From contig OZ220089.1 in assembly GCA_964291625.2 (NCBI GenBank), positions 3,968,001 through 4,032,000 of the forward strand: a stretch of DNA of 64,000 bases, read 5' to 3'. Position numbers and translations under genes: made by a program. The DNA comes from Candidatus Latescibacterota bacterium. GTDB lineage: Bacteria; Latescibacterota; UBA2968; UBA8231. Below, one piece after another: positions 38,258 through 47,369 of this stretch. The stretch's first letter is position 1, and every line of letters begins with the position of its first letter. Below the pieces are notes generated by a model that was given only the letters and a program-made list of their open reading frames with translations, was not told where the DNA came from and ran no database searches.

Positions 38258-39520
38258 CTACCGCCGCCCCCCCGCGAGCTGCCCCGCCTCGGGCAGTCCG
38301 CGCAGCCGCAGCATCGCCGCGGTGCCGAAGGCGGGACCCACGGCGAGCATGGCGAAGGCCGCGGGCCAGCCCCCTACCTCCACGATGAGCGGCACCAGCT
38401 GGATCGACACCATGGTCAGCAGAAACCCGACCGAGGTCTGGATCGTCAGGGCCGTGCCGGTGTACTCCGGGGGGCTGAGCTCGGTGATGGAGGCGGAGAA
38501 CTGGGCGGAGTCGGCCACCACCGAGACCCCCCAGACCAGCAGGATGGCGGTGAGCAGGGGCAGGGGCGCGGCGTGGAAGACGGCGGCCAGGAGGGCCATC
38601 GCCCCGCTGACGATCATGGCGGCGCTGGTCGTCGCCGTGCGGCCTACCCGGTCGGCCCAGGCACCGGCGATCAGGCACCCGAGGCCGCCGATGCCGACCA
38701 CGGCGAAGGCGAGCAGGGGCGCCAGCGAGGGGGGGCCGCCAGCGGCCGCCACTCTCCCGGCCAGGAAGACGGGCACCCACGTCCACATGGCGTAGAGCTC
38801 CCACTGGTGGCCGAGGTAGCCGAAGTTGGCCAGGCGCAGACCCCGCCGGGTGAAGATGGAGAGGGCGAAGCGCGGGTTGAAGCGGGCGCCGCCGGCGGCG
38901 AAGGGCCCCTCCCGGAAGAAGAGGGCCACGATGAGGCCGCCCGCGGCGGCCAGGGCTGACGACACCAGGACGACGCCGGTCCAGTCGGAGGTCTGGCCGC
39001 CGGGGCTGCCCAGGTGGGAGAGGGACCGCACGAGGTGGGGGGACGCCGAGCCGAGGGTCAGGGCGCCCACGACGAGGCCGATGGCCAGGCCCCGGTGCCG
39101 CCGGGTCCAGGTGGCGGCCAGCTTCATGCCGGGGGGATAGACGCCGGCGAGGCAGAAGCCGGTGAGGAAGCGCAGCGCGACGCCGGAGGCCAGCCCGCCG
39201 GCGAAGAGGGCGAAGCCGGCGTTGGCGGCGGCGCCCAGCCAGGCGCTGGCGACGAAGAGGCGCCGGCTGCTGATGATGTCCGGCAGGTTGAGGACGCCGC
39301 TGAGGGCGGTGCCGGCGACGAAGCCGATCTGCACGGCCATGGTGAGCCAGGCGGCCCCCGCCACCGACAGGCCCCAGGCCTGCTGCAGGGCGGGGGAGAC
39401 GGCGGAGGCGCTGAACCACAGGGACATGCCCAGCACCTCGGCCAGCGCCAGCAGCCCCAGGTACCGCCACTTCCGGGGGCTTCCTTCCAGGTCCTCCTGG
39501 ATGGCGGGAGGGGAGGTCAC
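38258..39520 (-). CDS. MFS transporter
   Basis: MSLWFSASAV, AGVYPPGMK, GYLGHQWELYAMW, VADSAQFSA; start approximate. Confidence 0.9.
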   Translation of the reverse strand: MTSPPAIQEDLEGSPRKWRYLGLLALAEVLGMSLWFSASAVSPALQQAWGLSVAGAAWLTMAVQIGFVAGTALSGVLNLPDIISSRRLFVASAWLGAAANAGFALFAGGLASGVALRFLTGFCLAGVYPPGMKLAATWTRRHRGLAIGLVVGALTLGSASPHLVRSLSHLGSPGGQTSDWTGVVLVSSALAAAGGLIVALFFREGPFAAGGARFNPRFALSIFTRRGLRLANFGYLGHQWELYAMWTWVPVFLAGRVAAAGGPPSLAPLLAFAVVGIGGLGCLIAGAWADRVGRTATTSAAMIVSGAMALLAAVFHAAPLPLLTAILLVWGVSVVADSAQFSASITELSPPEYTGTALTIQTSVGFLLTMVSIQLVPLIVEVGGWPAAFAMLAVGPAFGTAAMLRLRGLPEAGQLAGGRR

Positions 39521-39545
39521 GCCGTCCGACGGACCAGCGGAGATG

Positions 39546-39788
39546 TCACGCGCCGCCCTCGAACAATCCCTCGATCTCCGCGCCCATACGGTCAAAGTCG
39601 GGGGGCAGCGAGATCCGCCCGGCCAGGAACCCGGTGCGGTCGGCGACCCCGGCCTGCGGGGCGTCCACTGCGACGACCCTGACCAGGGGCTTGCCGGACC
39701 GGGCGATGATGAACGGCTCGCCCTGGACGGCCTCCTCGACGAGACGGGCCAGGTGGGTCTCGGCTTCCTGCATGTCGACGGTGCGCAT
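39546..39788 (-). CDS. Phd/YefM-family antitoxin, orphan
   Basis: MRTVDMQEAETHLARLVEEAVQGEPFIIARSGKPLVRVV...GFLAGRISLPPDFD. Confidence 0.85.
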   Translation of the reverse strand: MRTVDMQEAETHLARLVEEAVQGEPFIIARSGKPLVRVVAVDAPQAGVADRTGFLAGRISLPPDFDRMGAEIEGLFEGGA

Positions 39789-39873
39789 CTGGATGCCTTG
39801 ATCGGGAGCCCCCAAAGCTGCCTTACTTCGGCTGTACCCGCCAGCGGGTTGCCCCACGCAGGAAAGGTCGTTC

Positions 39874-40839
39874 ATGCCCCCCTTCTCTCTCGAATCGATC
39901 GAGGTCGGCTCTCGCCTCTACCTGACGGCGGCGCCGGGGCTCCAGGTCGGGACCCGCCTGCGGGGCGGCCACTTCAGGAAGGCCGTCGAAGAGGGTGCTG
40001 CCACCGATCACGGCTCCATCCTGGAAACCGTGTGGGAGCTGGTTCGCGCGCAGGAGTTCCCTTCGCGGCCATGTCGGTTCGATGCGCTCTTCCTGTGGCA
40101 GGACGAGGCCCATGCGCGGGCGTGGCACCATCGCCAGACGATCCTCGGGCCCGAGACCGGCTCGGAACGCGGGCTCTACCAGGTCGAGGTGGAAGGGGTC
40201 GGACGGATCTGGGCCGCGGACATGGACCTGATCAGCTACATCGGCGAGGGCGAGACGGTGGGGGCCCTGATGCAGCGCGCGCGCCGATACTGGGGATCGC
40301 CCTCCACGAAGGCCAATCCGGAGATCCTCCTGGGCGGCGAGGTGCGGGTTCGCAGGGACCTGCGGGAACTGGGATTGGAGAGGATCACTCCCATAGAGGA
40401 TGCAACTGTCGACGCGCAGGTCCGCGAGCTCCTTCGGTCCGATCCGTCGGCCTGGTCGCGCCTGGAGTCGAGAGGCCGCCGTTACATGCTGAGTCCAGGA
40501 ATCGCGGCGATGAAGGACCCGCCGTTACCGCTGGCCGCCTGGATCGGCCTGGAGATCGAGGGAGTGGAAGAGGTGCTGAGGCCCCAGCGGGGAACGGAGG
40601 CGATCCTCGTGAACCGAAAGGGTCCGCTTCGGTACCGGCCGGAGGATGAAGGCGGCGGGTGCGAGACTTCATTCGTGATAGACGATGCGGAGACATCCGA
40701 GGCGGCGCGGGAGTGCCTCTCCGGCAAGAGGCGCTTTCGACCGGTGCTGATCTGCGACCGGGAGGCGGCCCACTACTGGCAGCTGCCAACCTGCTGGGAG
40801 GGCCGGGTTCCCGGGGAATGGACCCTCGCCGGGAGCTGA
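39874..40839 (+). CDS. DUF2441-like domain protein with unknown C-terminal domain
   Basis: WELVRAQEFPSRPCRFDALFLW..ARAW, YQVE, ARRYW, PEILLGGEV resembles the DUF2441 pattern. Confidence 0.55.
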   Translation: MPPFSLESIEVGSRLYLTAAPGLQVGTRLRGGHFRKAVEEGAATDHGSILETVWELVRAQEFPSRPCRFDALFLWQDEAHARAWHHRQTILGPETGSERGLYQVEVEGVGRIWAADMDLISYIGEGETVGALMQRARRYWGSPSTKANPEILLGGEVRVRRDLRELGLERITPIEDATVDAQVRELLRSDPSAWSRLESRGRRYMLSPGIAAMKDPPLPLAAWIGLEIEGVEEVLRPQRGTEAILVNRKGPLRYRPEDEGGGCETSFVIDDAETSEAARECLSGKRRFRPVLICDREAAHYWQLPTCWEGRVPGEWTLAGS

Positions 40840-40843
40840 GTCC

Positions 40844-43186
40844 ATGATGCCCGGACGCGGCTCTCGCATCCCCCGCGGCCCCAGGCGCCTCGCCCTCCTC
40901 CTGCTCGCCCCGCCAGCCCTCGGACTGGCCCTCTACTTCCTCCTGCCATTGCCGCGGCCCCTGTTCCCGCCGGACTACAGCACCCTGATCGTCGACCGCG
41001 AGGGCCGGCTCCTGCGGGCCTTCCTCAACGACGGGCAGCAGTGGTCCTTCCCGCCGGATTCCAGCCTCGCCGTGCCCGCCAAGCTGAGGGCCGCCGTGAT
41101 TCACTTCGAGGACCGGCGCTTCGACCATCACCAGGGCGTCAACCCGATGGCCGTGGCCCGCGCCCTCTACCAGAACGCGGCGGCCGGGGAGGTGCGCAGC
41201 GGCGCCAGCACCCTCACCATGCAGGTGGCGCGGCTCATGCGCCCCAAGCCGCGGACCTGGCTCAACAAGGCCCTCGAGACCCTGCTGGCCGTCAAGATCG
41301 AGCTCTACCGTGACAAGGACGAGATCCTGCGCCTCTACCTGGACCACGCCCCGTACGGCGGCAACGTCGTCGGCTACCAGGCCGCGGCCAGCCGCTACTT
41401 CCGCAAGCGGCCGGAGGAGCTGACCTGGAGCGAGGCCGCCACCCTGGCGGTGCTGCCGAACGCGCCGGGCCTGGTCTCGCCCACCGCCGACCCGCGGCGC
41501 CTGGAGGAGAAGCGGAACCGCCTGCTCGCGAGCCTGCACCGGGCCGGCCGCTTCGATGCCGAGACCCTGACCCTGGCCGCGGCCGAGCCGGTGCCGTCGC
41601 GGCCCTGGTCGCTTCCCGTGGCCGCGCCCCACCTGTCCAGGGCGCTGAAGGGCCGCCACCCCGGCCGACGGGTCCGCACCACCCTGGACGCCGGCCTGCA
41701 GCGGGAGCTGGAGGCCCTGGTGGCGCGGCACCTGGGCTACCTCGATCACCTGGGCATCGGCAACGGCGCGGCCCTGCTGGTGGAGACCGGCAGCGGCGAG
41801 GTCCGCGCCTACGTCGGGTCGCGGGACTTCTTCGACGCCGAGCACCAGGGGCAGGTGGACGGCGTCACGGCGCCGCGGTCCTCGGGATCGCTGCTCAAGC
41901 CGTTCCTCTACGCCCTGAGCATCGACGAGGGCCTGGTCCTGCCCGGTACCCTGGTGAAGGACGTGCCCACCTTCTACCAGGGCTTCTCGCCCCGCAACGC
42001 CGACGAGAGCTACGACGGCCTGGTGCGCGCCGACGAGGCCCTGGTGCGCTCCCTCAACGTCCCCGCCGTGCGCCTGCTGCGGCGCTACGGCCTGTTCGGC
42101 TTCCACCGCTTCCTGCAGGACGCCGGCGTCTCCACCCTCGTGCGCACCGCAGACGACTACGGCCTGCCCCTGATCCTCGGCGGCGCCGAGGTCACCCTCC
42201 GGGACATGGCCCGTCTCTACCGGGGCCTGGCCCGGGGCGGGCGGGTCGAGCCCCTGCGATGGCTGCGCGGGGCGGGGGAACCGGAGCCCCGGCCGGCGCC
42301 CCTCTTCAGCGCCGGCGCCGCCTGGCTCGTCCTGGAGACCCTGCGCGAGGTGCGGCGCCCCGGGGTCGAGTACTACTGGCACCAGTACGAGGACCAGTGG
42401 CCCCTGGCCTGGAAGACGGGCACCAGCTACGGCCAGCGCGACGCCTGGGCCGTGGGGGTCAGCCCCTCGTGGACGATCGCCGTCTGGCTCGGCAACTTCA
42501 CCGGCGAGGGCAACCCCGAGCTGAGCGGGGCCCGCGCCGCCGGCCCCCTGCTCTTCGACATCTTCCAGCGCGTCCCCAGGGACCGGGATCTCGCCTGGTT
42601 CCCCCGGCCCTCGGCGGAGCTGGCCGCGGTGGACCTCTGCCTCGACAGCGGCCGGCCCGTCAATCCCCACTGCCCCCGTCCGACCGCGGCCTCGAGGCCG
42701 CGTCACATGCGGCCCATGGAGCGCTGCTCCTTTCACAGCGGGGTGGTCCTCAACGGGGCCGGGACCCGCCAGGTCTGCTCCCTGTGCTGGGCGCCGGGCG
42801 ACCACCGGCCGGGGAGGCAGACGGTCTATCCGGCCGAAGTGGTGCAGTACCTCCGGGAGCGGGGGCAGGCCCTGCAGGCCCCGCCGCCGCACGCGGAGGA
42901 CTGCCCGGCGCAGCTCGAGGCCCGGCCCCTGCAGGTCCTCTACCCGACGCCGGGGGCGCGCCTGCAGGCCGGCCGGGACTTCGACGGCGAGCGCCAGCGG
43001 ATCGTCCTGCGCGCCGCCCACGGCGACCGCGGGCGGGCCCTGTTCTGGTACGTGAACCGCCGCTTCCTGGGCCGCACCGTGGACCGGCACCGGCTGGCCG
43101 TGGACCTGGAGCCGGGCCTCTACGCGCTCGAGGTCGTCGACGCCCACGGCTTCCGGGACCGGGTGGGGTTCCAGGTGATGCGGTAG
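40844..43186 (+). CDS. pbpC: Penicillin-binding protein 1C
   Basis: FEDRRF, SGASTLTMQVARL, GSLLKPFLY, SLNVP, KTGTSYGQRDAW, BiPBP_C LFWYVN. Confidence 0.93.
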   Translation: MMPGRGSRIPRGPRRLALLLLAPPALGLALYFLLPLPRPLFPPDYSTLIVDREGRLLRAFLNDGQQWSFPPDSSLAVPAKLRAAVIHFEDRRFDHHQGVNPMAVARALYQNAAAGEVRSGASTLTMQVARLMRPKPRTWLNKALETLLAVKIELYRDKDEILRLYLDHAPYGGNVVGYQAAASRYFRKRPEELTWSEAATLAVLPNAPGLVSPTADPRRLEEKRNRLLASLHRAGRFDAETLTLAAAEPVPSRPWSLPVAAPHLSRALKGRHPGRRVRTTLDAGLQRELEALVARHLGYLDHLGIGNGAALLVETGSGEVRAYVGSRDFFDAEHQGQVDGVTAPRSSGSLLKPFLYALSIDEGLVLPGTLVKDVPTFYQGFSPRNADESYDGLVRADEALVRSLNVPAVRLLRRYGLFGFHRFLQDAGVSTLVRTADDYGLPLILGGAEVTLRDMARLYRGLARGGRVEPLRWLRGAGEPEPRPAPLFSAGAAWLVLETLREVRRPGVEYYWHQYEDQWPLAWKTGTSYGQRDAWAVGVSPSWTIAVWLGNFTGEGNPELSGARAAGPLLFDIFQRVPRDRDLAWFPRPSAELAAVDLCLDSGRPVNPHCPRPTAASRPRHMRPMERCSFHSGVVLNGAGTRQVCSLCWAPGDHRPGRQTVYPAEVVQYLRERGQALQAPPPHAEDCPAQLEARPLQVLYPTPGARLQAGRDFDGERQRIVLRAAHGDRGRALFWYVNRRFLGRTVDRHRLAVDLEPGLYALEVVDAHGFRDRVGFQVMR

Positions 43187-43229
43187 AGGGAAGGGCCCGC
43201 CACGGTCTACCGCAGTTCGCGGAAGATGA

Positions 43230-43266
43230 TCTTGCAAATCCACTCTCCCATATTAGATTTGCAAGA
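43230..43266. promoter_or_regulatory. Perfect 11-bp inverted repeat, putative operator of the AAA/DUF4143 gene
   Basis: TCTTGCAAATC-N15-GATTTGCAAGA in an AT-rich patch 21 bp before ATG 43288. Confidence 0.6.
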
Positions 43267-43287
43267 ATTCTGAGAAATCCGCAGGAC

Positions 43288-44517
43288 ATGCCCTATCTCG
43301 AGCGACACCTGACTCGAACCGTCCACCGGGCGGCGGCCACCTTCCCCGCCGTGTTGATCACCGGTGCCCGCCAGACGGGGAAGACCACCTTGCTGCGCCG
43401 GGAGTTCGGCGCCTCCCACCGTTATCTCTCCCTCGAACGGCCCGACGTCCGGGCGCGGGCCCAGGCCGACCCGGTCGCCTTCCTCGCCGAGGCCGCGCCG
43501 CCGGCGATCCTCGACGAGATCCAGTACGCGCCGGAGCTGCTCCACTACGTCAAGGACGACATCGACGACAACCGCATCCCGGGCCGCTGGCTCCTGACGG
43601 GGTCGCAGAGCCTGGCCCTCATGGAAGGCCTGAGCCAGACCCTGTCGGGGCGCGTCGCCGTCCTCACCCTGGACCCGCTCTCCACGGCGGAGGTCGAGCA
43701 GCGGCCCCCGCCCTCCGGGATCGATGATCTGCTGGAGAAGGTGTTCGACGGGGCTTCCGCGGAGAACGGGCGGCGGAGGCCGATCGACCTGGCGGACTGG
43801 CTCCTGCGCGGCGGCTTTCCGGAGCCCCGGGCCAACCCGCAGGTGGACCGGCAGGTCTGGTTCGGCAGCTACGTCCAGACCTACCTCGAACGCGACGTGC
43901 GAGATCTCGCCCAGATCGCCGACCTGGGCGCCTTCACCCGCTTCCTCATGCTCGCCGGCGCCCGCACGGGCACCACCCTCAACATGACCGAGATCGGAGG
44001 CGAAGTCGGCGTCGGCGGGCCCACGATCCGCCGCTGGCTCTCGGTGCTGGAAGCCAGCCAGATCATCCATCTGCTGCAGCCGTACTACCGAAACCTGGGC
44101 AAGCGGCAGCGGAAGAGCCCCCGTCTCTTCCTGACCGATCCCGGGCTGGCCACCTTCTTCCTCGGCCTCCACGGGGCCGAACCGGTGCTCCAGGGACCCG
44201 CCCTCGGGCCCCTGGTGGAAACGGCCGTGGTGGGGGAGTGGCTGAAGGCCTTCCGGCAGCAGGGCGAGCGACCGAACCTGTACTACTGGCAGTCGAACAC
44301 GATCGCCGAGGTCGATCTCGTCATCGAGCGCGGCGGCCTCCTCTACGGGGTCGAGGTCAAGGCCACGGCCACCCCCACCCCGGGGCACGCCGAGGGCCTG
44401 GCGCGCTGGCTGGCCCTCGCCGGCCCCGAAGCCCGCGGCGTGCTGGCCTGCCGCGTCGAGACGCCGCACACCTTGCGGCCGGGTATCCGCGCCGTCCCCT
44501 GGCATCTCGCCTGGTAG
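43288..44517 (+). CDS. AAA_14 ATPase with DUF4143 and PD-(D/E)xK-like C-terminus
   Basis: GARQTGKTT, ILDEIQ, LTGSQ, GGFPE, TYLERD, EVDLVIE..GVEVK. Confidence 0.9.
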   Translation: MPYLERHLTRTVHRAAATFPAVLITGARQTGKTTLLRREFGASHRYLSLERPDVRARAQADPVAFLAEAAPPAILDEIQYAPELLHYVKDDIDDNRIPGRWLLTGSQSLALMEGLSQTLSGRVAVLTLDPLSTAEVEQRPPPSGIDDLLEKVFDGASAENGRRRPIDLADWLLRGGFPEPRANPQVDRQVWFGSYVQTYLERDVRDLAQIADLGAFTRFLMLAGARTGTTLNMTEIGGEVGVGGPTIRRWLSVLEASQIIHLLQPYYRNLGKRQRKSPRLFLTDPGLATFFLGLHGAEPVLQGPALGPLVETAVVGEWLKAFRQQGERPNLYYWQSNTIAEVDLVIERGGLLYGVEVKATATPTPGHAEGLARWLALAGPEARGVLACRVETPHTLRPGIRAVPWHLAW

Positions 44518-44644
44518 GCGGGGCGCTGCGACGGCCCGGCGCACCGGGCTGGCAGGCTACGGCGACTCCGGCCAATACCTGGCGCCTGCATCCGGAGGCG
44601 GTCGAGCTGACCGCCTTGTGCGACAGTCGGGCCTCGCGGCCTGC

Positions 44645-45388
44645 TCAGAGCTTCAGCAGGCGCCGGGCGTTGCCGCCGAGGATCAGGCGCTTGTCGTCGT
44701 CGCTGATGTCGGCGGTGATGATCTTGCCCAGCTGCGCCCGGGGGTCCATCAGGGGGATGTCGGAGCCGAAGAGGACCCGCTCGGCGCCGGCTTCCTCCAC
44801 GAGCTGCTCGATCACCCCCGGCGTGCGGAAGGTGGAGCAGGTCTCCAGGTAGACGTTGGGATGCTCCAGGGCGACGTCGATCGCCTGGCGGCGCATGGGC
44901 GGACAGTTGCCGGAGTGTCCGGAGACGAAGCGGGCGCCGGGGAAGCGCCCCACCACCTCCCCCATGTACCGGGGGAAGGACCCGGGCTCGATCCCCGTGT
45001 GCCACAGCACGACCAGCCCCCGGTCGTCGGCGAACTCGTAGATCGGCCACCAGGCGGGGTCGCTGAGCGGCGGGTCGACGAAGGGCGGGTAGAGCTTGAT
45101 GCCCTTCAGGCCGAGCCGGTCGATAGCCCGCTCCAGCTCGGGGACGATCGTCTCCGGCATCAGGGGGGAGACGTAGGCGAAGCCGAGGAGGCGGTCGGGA
45201 TGGGCGGCCACGAGGGAGGCGGTGAGGTCGTTGGCCCGCCGGCCCTCGGGGTGCCAGATGTCGAACAGGACCGACCGGTCGATGCCGACCGCGTCCATGG
45301 CCGGGAACAGCAGCTCCGGGTCGAGGTGGGCGACGCCCCAGCGCCCCGGATGGCCGTGGAAGTCGATCACCTCCGAGCCGTCGATCAT
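44645..45388 (-). CDS. Amidohydrolase_2 family protein
   Basis: IDFHGH, GIKLYP, LWHTG, SGHSG, VLFGSDIP, ILGGNARRLL. Confidence 0.9.
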   Translation of the reverse strand: MIDGSEVIDFHGHPGRWGVAHLDPELLFPAMDAVGIDRSVLFDIWHPEGRRANDLTASLVAAHPDRLLGFAYVSPLMPETIVPELERAIDRLGLKGIKLYPPFVDPPLSDPAWWPIYEFADDRGLVVLWHTGIEPGSFPRYMGEVVGRFPGARFVSGHSGNCPPMRRQAIDVALEHPNVYLETCSTFRTPGVIEQLVEEAGAERVLFGSDIPLMDPRAQLGKIITADISDDDKRLILGGNARRLLKL

Positions 45389-46179
45389 CGGGCGCCTCCT
45401 TCCAGCAGGCGTTCCAGGTTGCCGCTGCACACGGCCCGCAGGGTCGCCTCGTCGAAGCCGACGTGGTGGATGTAGTAGAGCATGGGGCCCATGGCCAGGC
45501 GCGGATAGAAGGAGCCGTAGAGGAAGCGGTCGGCCCCGAACTCGGCGGCGAGCACCTCGAGCTCCCGCAGGACCTCGTAGCGGCTCAGCTCCAGGCGGGC
45601 GCGGGTGAGCTTCAGGAAGGGCCGCACGTAGTAGGAGTGCACGAAGTGGAGTCCGAGGAGGACGGTCACCAGGTCGGGGAAGGCCCGCAGGATCCCCATC
45701 ACCTCCGTGACCGGCGTGTTCTTGCGCACCATCCACGAGGGGTCCCAGGTGTCGTGCAGGGAGATCCACACGGGGATGCCCTCGGCCTGCAGCCACTCCA
45801 GCAGATCGCCGTAGACCCAGTCGACGAAAGGCACGTTGGCGGCCCCCGAGTCGTGGATGCGCACGCTGCTGACCCGGCCCTCGGCGTGCAGCTGCTGCAG
45901 CTGCTTGAGGTTGTCCGGCTCCGGGCTCGCCATCCACTGGGGGATGAAGGCGTCCTCGTGGCCGTCGAGCCACTCGTGCAGGAAGTCGTTGCCCGTGACG
46001 GCGCTGAGGCTCTCCCCGTGCTGGTGGTGGATGACGGCGCGCTCGACGCCGTGGCGGTTCAGCTCGGCGCGCAGCGCCTCCGGGGTGTCGACGGGGGCCG
46101 GCCGCAGATGCGAGTGCCCGACGCCGACGTTGGCGTCGATGACCGGAACCCGGGCCCGGAAGCTCAACTCGCTCGTCAA
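45385..46179 (-). CDS. Amidohydrolase-fold protein with degenerate metal site
   Basis: IDANVGVG replaces DxHxH; FLYGSFYP; VCSGNLERLL; TTG start approximate. Confidence 0.75.
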   Translation of the reverse strand: MTSELSFRARVPVIDANVGVGHSHLRPAPVDTPEALRAELNRHGVERAVIHHQHGESLSAVTGNDFLHEWLDGHEDAFIPQWMASPEPDNLKQLQQLHAEGRVSSVRIHDSGAANVPFVDWVYGDLLEWLQAEGIPVWISLHDTWDPSWMVRKNTPVTEVMGILRAFPDLVTVLLGLHFVHSYYVRPFLKLTRARLELSRYEVLRELEVLAAEFGADRFLYGSFYPRLAMGPMLYYIHHVGFDEATLRAVCSGNLERLLEGGAR

Positions 46180-46270
46180 GGGGAGGCTCTCCTGTTCGGG
46201 GGGCGTGCTGGAGCGAAAGGTAGTGGTTTCAGGCGGCGGGGATGCTGCGGCCGACGACGGCGCGCCAGGG

Positions 46271-46305
46271 TTGACGTAGCATGACATCCGTGCTACCATG
46301 TCATA
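46271..46305 (+). promoter_or_regulatory. sigma70-type higBA promoter with overlapping inverted repeats, probably leaderless
   Basis: TTGACG-N17-TACCAT ending 6 nt before GTG 46306; palindromes GTAGCA..TGCTAC and ATGACAT..ATGTCAT. Confidence 0.65.
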
Positions 46306-46602
46306 GTGATCCAGTCGTTCCGCAACCCGGGTACCGAAGACATCTACCACGGTCGCGACACCCGGGCTGCTCGACGTGCATGCCCTGCGTCGCTCGCGAG
46401 GCTGGCGGCGCGCAAGCTCGACCAGCTCGAGGCCGCCGAGGTGCTGGGTGACCTGCGGATTCCGCCCGGCAACAGGCTTGAGGCTTTGCGCGGAGACCGA
46501 AGAGGGCAGCACAGCATCCGCATCAACGAGCAGTACCGGATCTGCTTCCGCTGGACCGACGCCGGACCCAGCGATGTCGAGATCGTCGACTACCACCGTT
46601 GA
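46306..46602 (+). CDS. higB: HigB toxin (RelE/ParE superfamily)
   Basis: MIQSF..GTEDI, DLRIPPGNRLEALRGDRRGQHSIRINEQYRICFRW, VEIVDYH. Confidence 0.93.
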   Translation: MIQSFRNPGTEDIYHGRDTRAARRACPASLARLAARKLDQLEAAEVLGDLRIPPGNRLEALRGDRRGQHSIRINEQYRICFRWTDAGPSDVEIVDYHR

Positions 46603-46610
46603 GGAGAGAG

Positions 46611-46925
46611 ATGGTGCGCATCCCGACCCACCGTGAACCGACCCACCCGGGCGAGATGTTGCTCGAGGAGTTCCTGCGGCCGATGGGCGTCACCCAGCGG
46701 CAACTGGCCGACGCGATCCATGTGCCCTACCAGCGGATCAACGAGCTGGTCAACGGCCGGCGCGGCATCACGCCGAGCACGGCCCTGCGCCTGGGGAAGT
46801 TCTTCGGCATGACGCCGGGATTCTGGCTGAACCTGCAGGCTCGCTGGGACCTGTACCGAGCCCAGCGCACCGAAGAGGCCGCTCTGGCGGGCATCCAGCC
46901 GATGGCCCCCAGCCGCCGCGACTGA
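46611..46925 (+). CDS. higA: HigA antitoxin
   Basis: PTHPGEMLLEEFL, TQRQLA, RINELVNGRRGITPSTALRL, FWLNLQ. Confidence 0.93.
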   Translation: MVRIPTHREPTHPGEMLLEEFLRPMGVTQRQLADAIHVPYQRINELVNGRRGITPSTALRLGKFFGMTPGFWLNLQARWDLYRAQRTEEAALAGIQPMAPSRRD

Positions 46926-46971
46926 CTGGAACTGGAGGCGTTGATGACCCCGTGGGGGGGCGAGGACGACT

Positions 46972-47199
46972 TCACCGGCCTCGATCGTCATAGCTCTGGT
47001 TGCGCGACCAGGTGGGAGAGCGGCTCCCGGTCTCCACCGTGATCCAGTCCAGCCCGGACTGCTCCTCGGGAGGGGCCGTACGCGCTGCGCGCTCGAGGAT
47101 GGCGCGGAGTTCCTCTTGAAGGGACCGGCGGTGGCCCCTTGCCAGGCGCTGGAGGGCCGCCAGGGTGGCTTCTTCGATACCTCGGATGTGGATCGATTT
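46972..47199 (-). pseudogene. FitA-like RHH antitoxin copy lacking a start codon
   Basis: KSIHIRGIEEATLAALQRLARGHRRSLQEELRAILE...YDDRGR aligns end to end with 50203-50433; GGA at the ATG position. Confidence 0.8.
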
Positions 47200-47369
47200 T
47201 CCGGATCGCCCGCAGCGGCTACCACGGCCCTCCCGCGAACTTCACGGCCCGGCCCCTGGGCACCACCTTCCTTCATCTGCTACTGGCTCGACAAGGGCCG
47301 GCAGTCCGACGGCAGCATGATCTACAGCCGCACCCTGGGACGAGGTCCCGGCCTGAGGAGGAAAACGAG

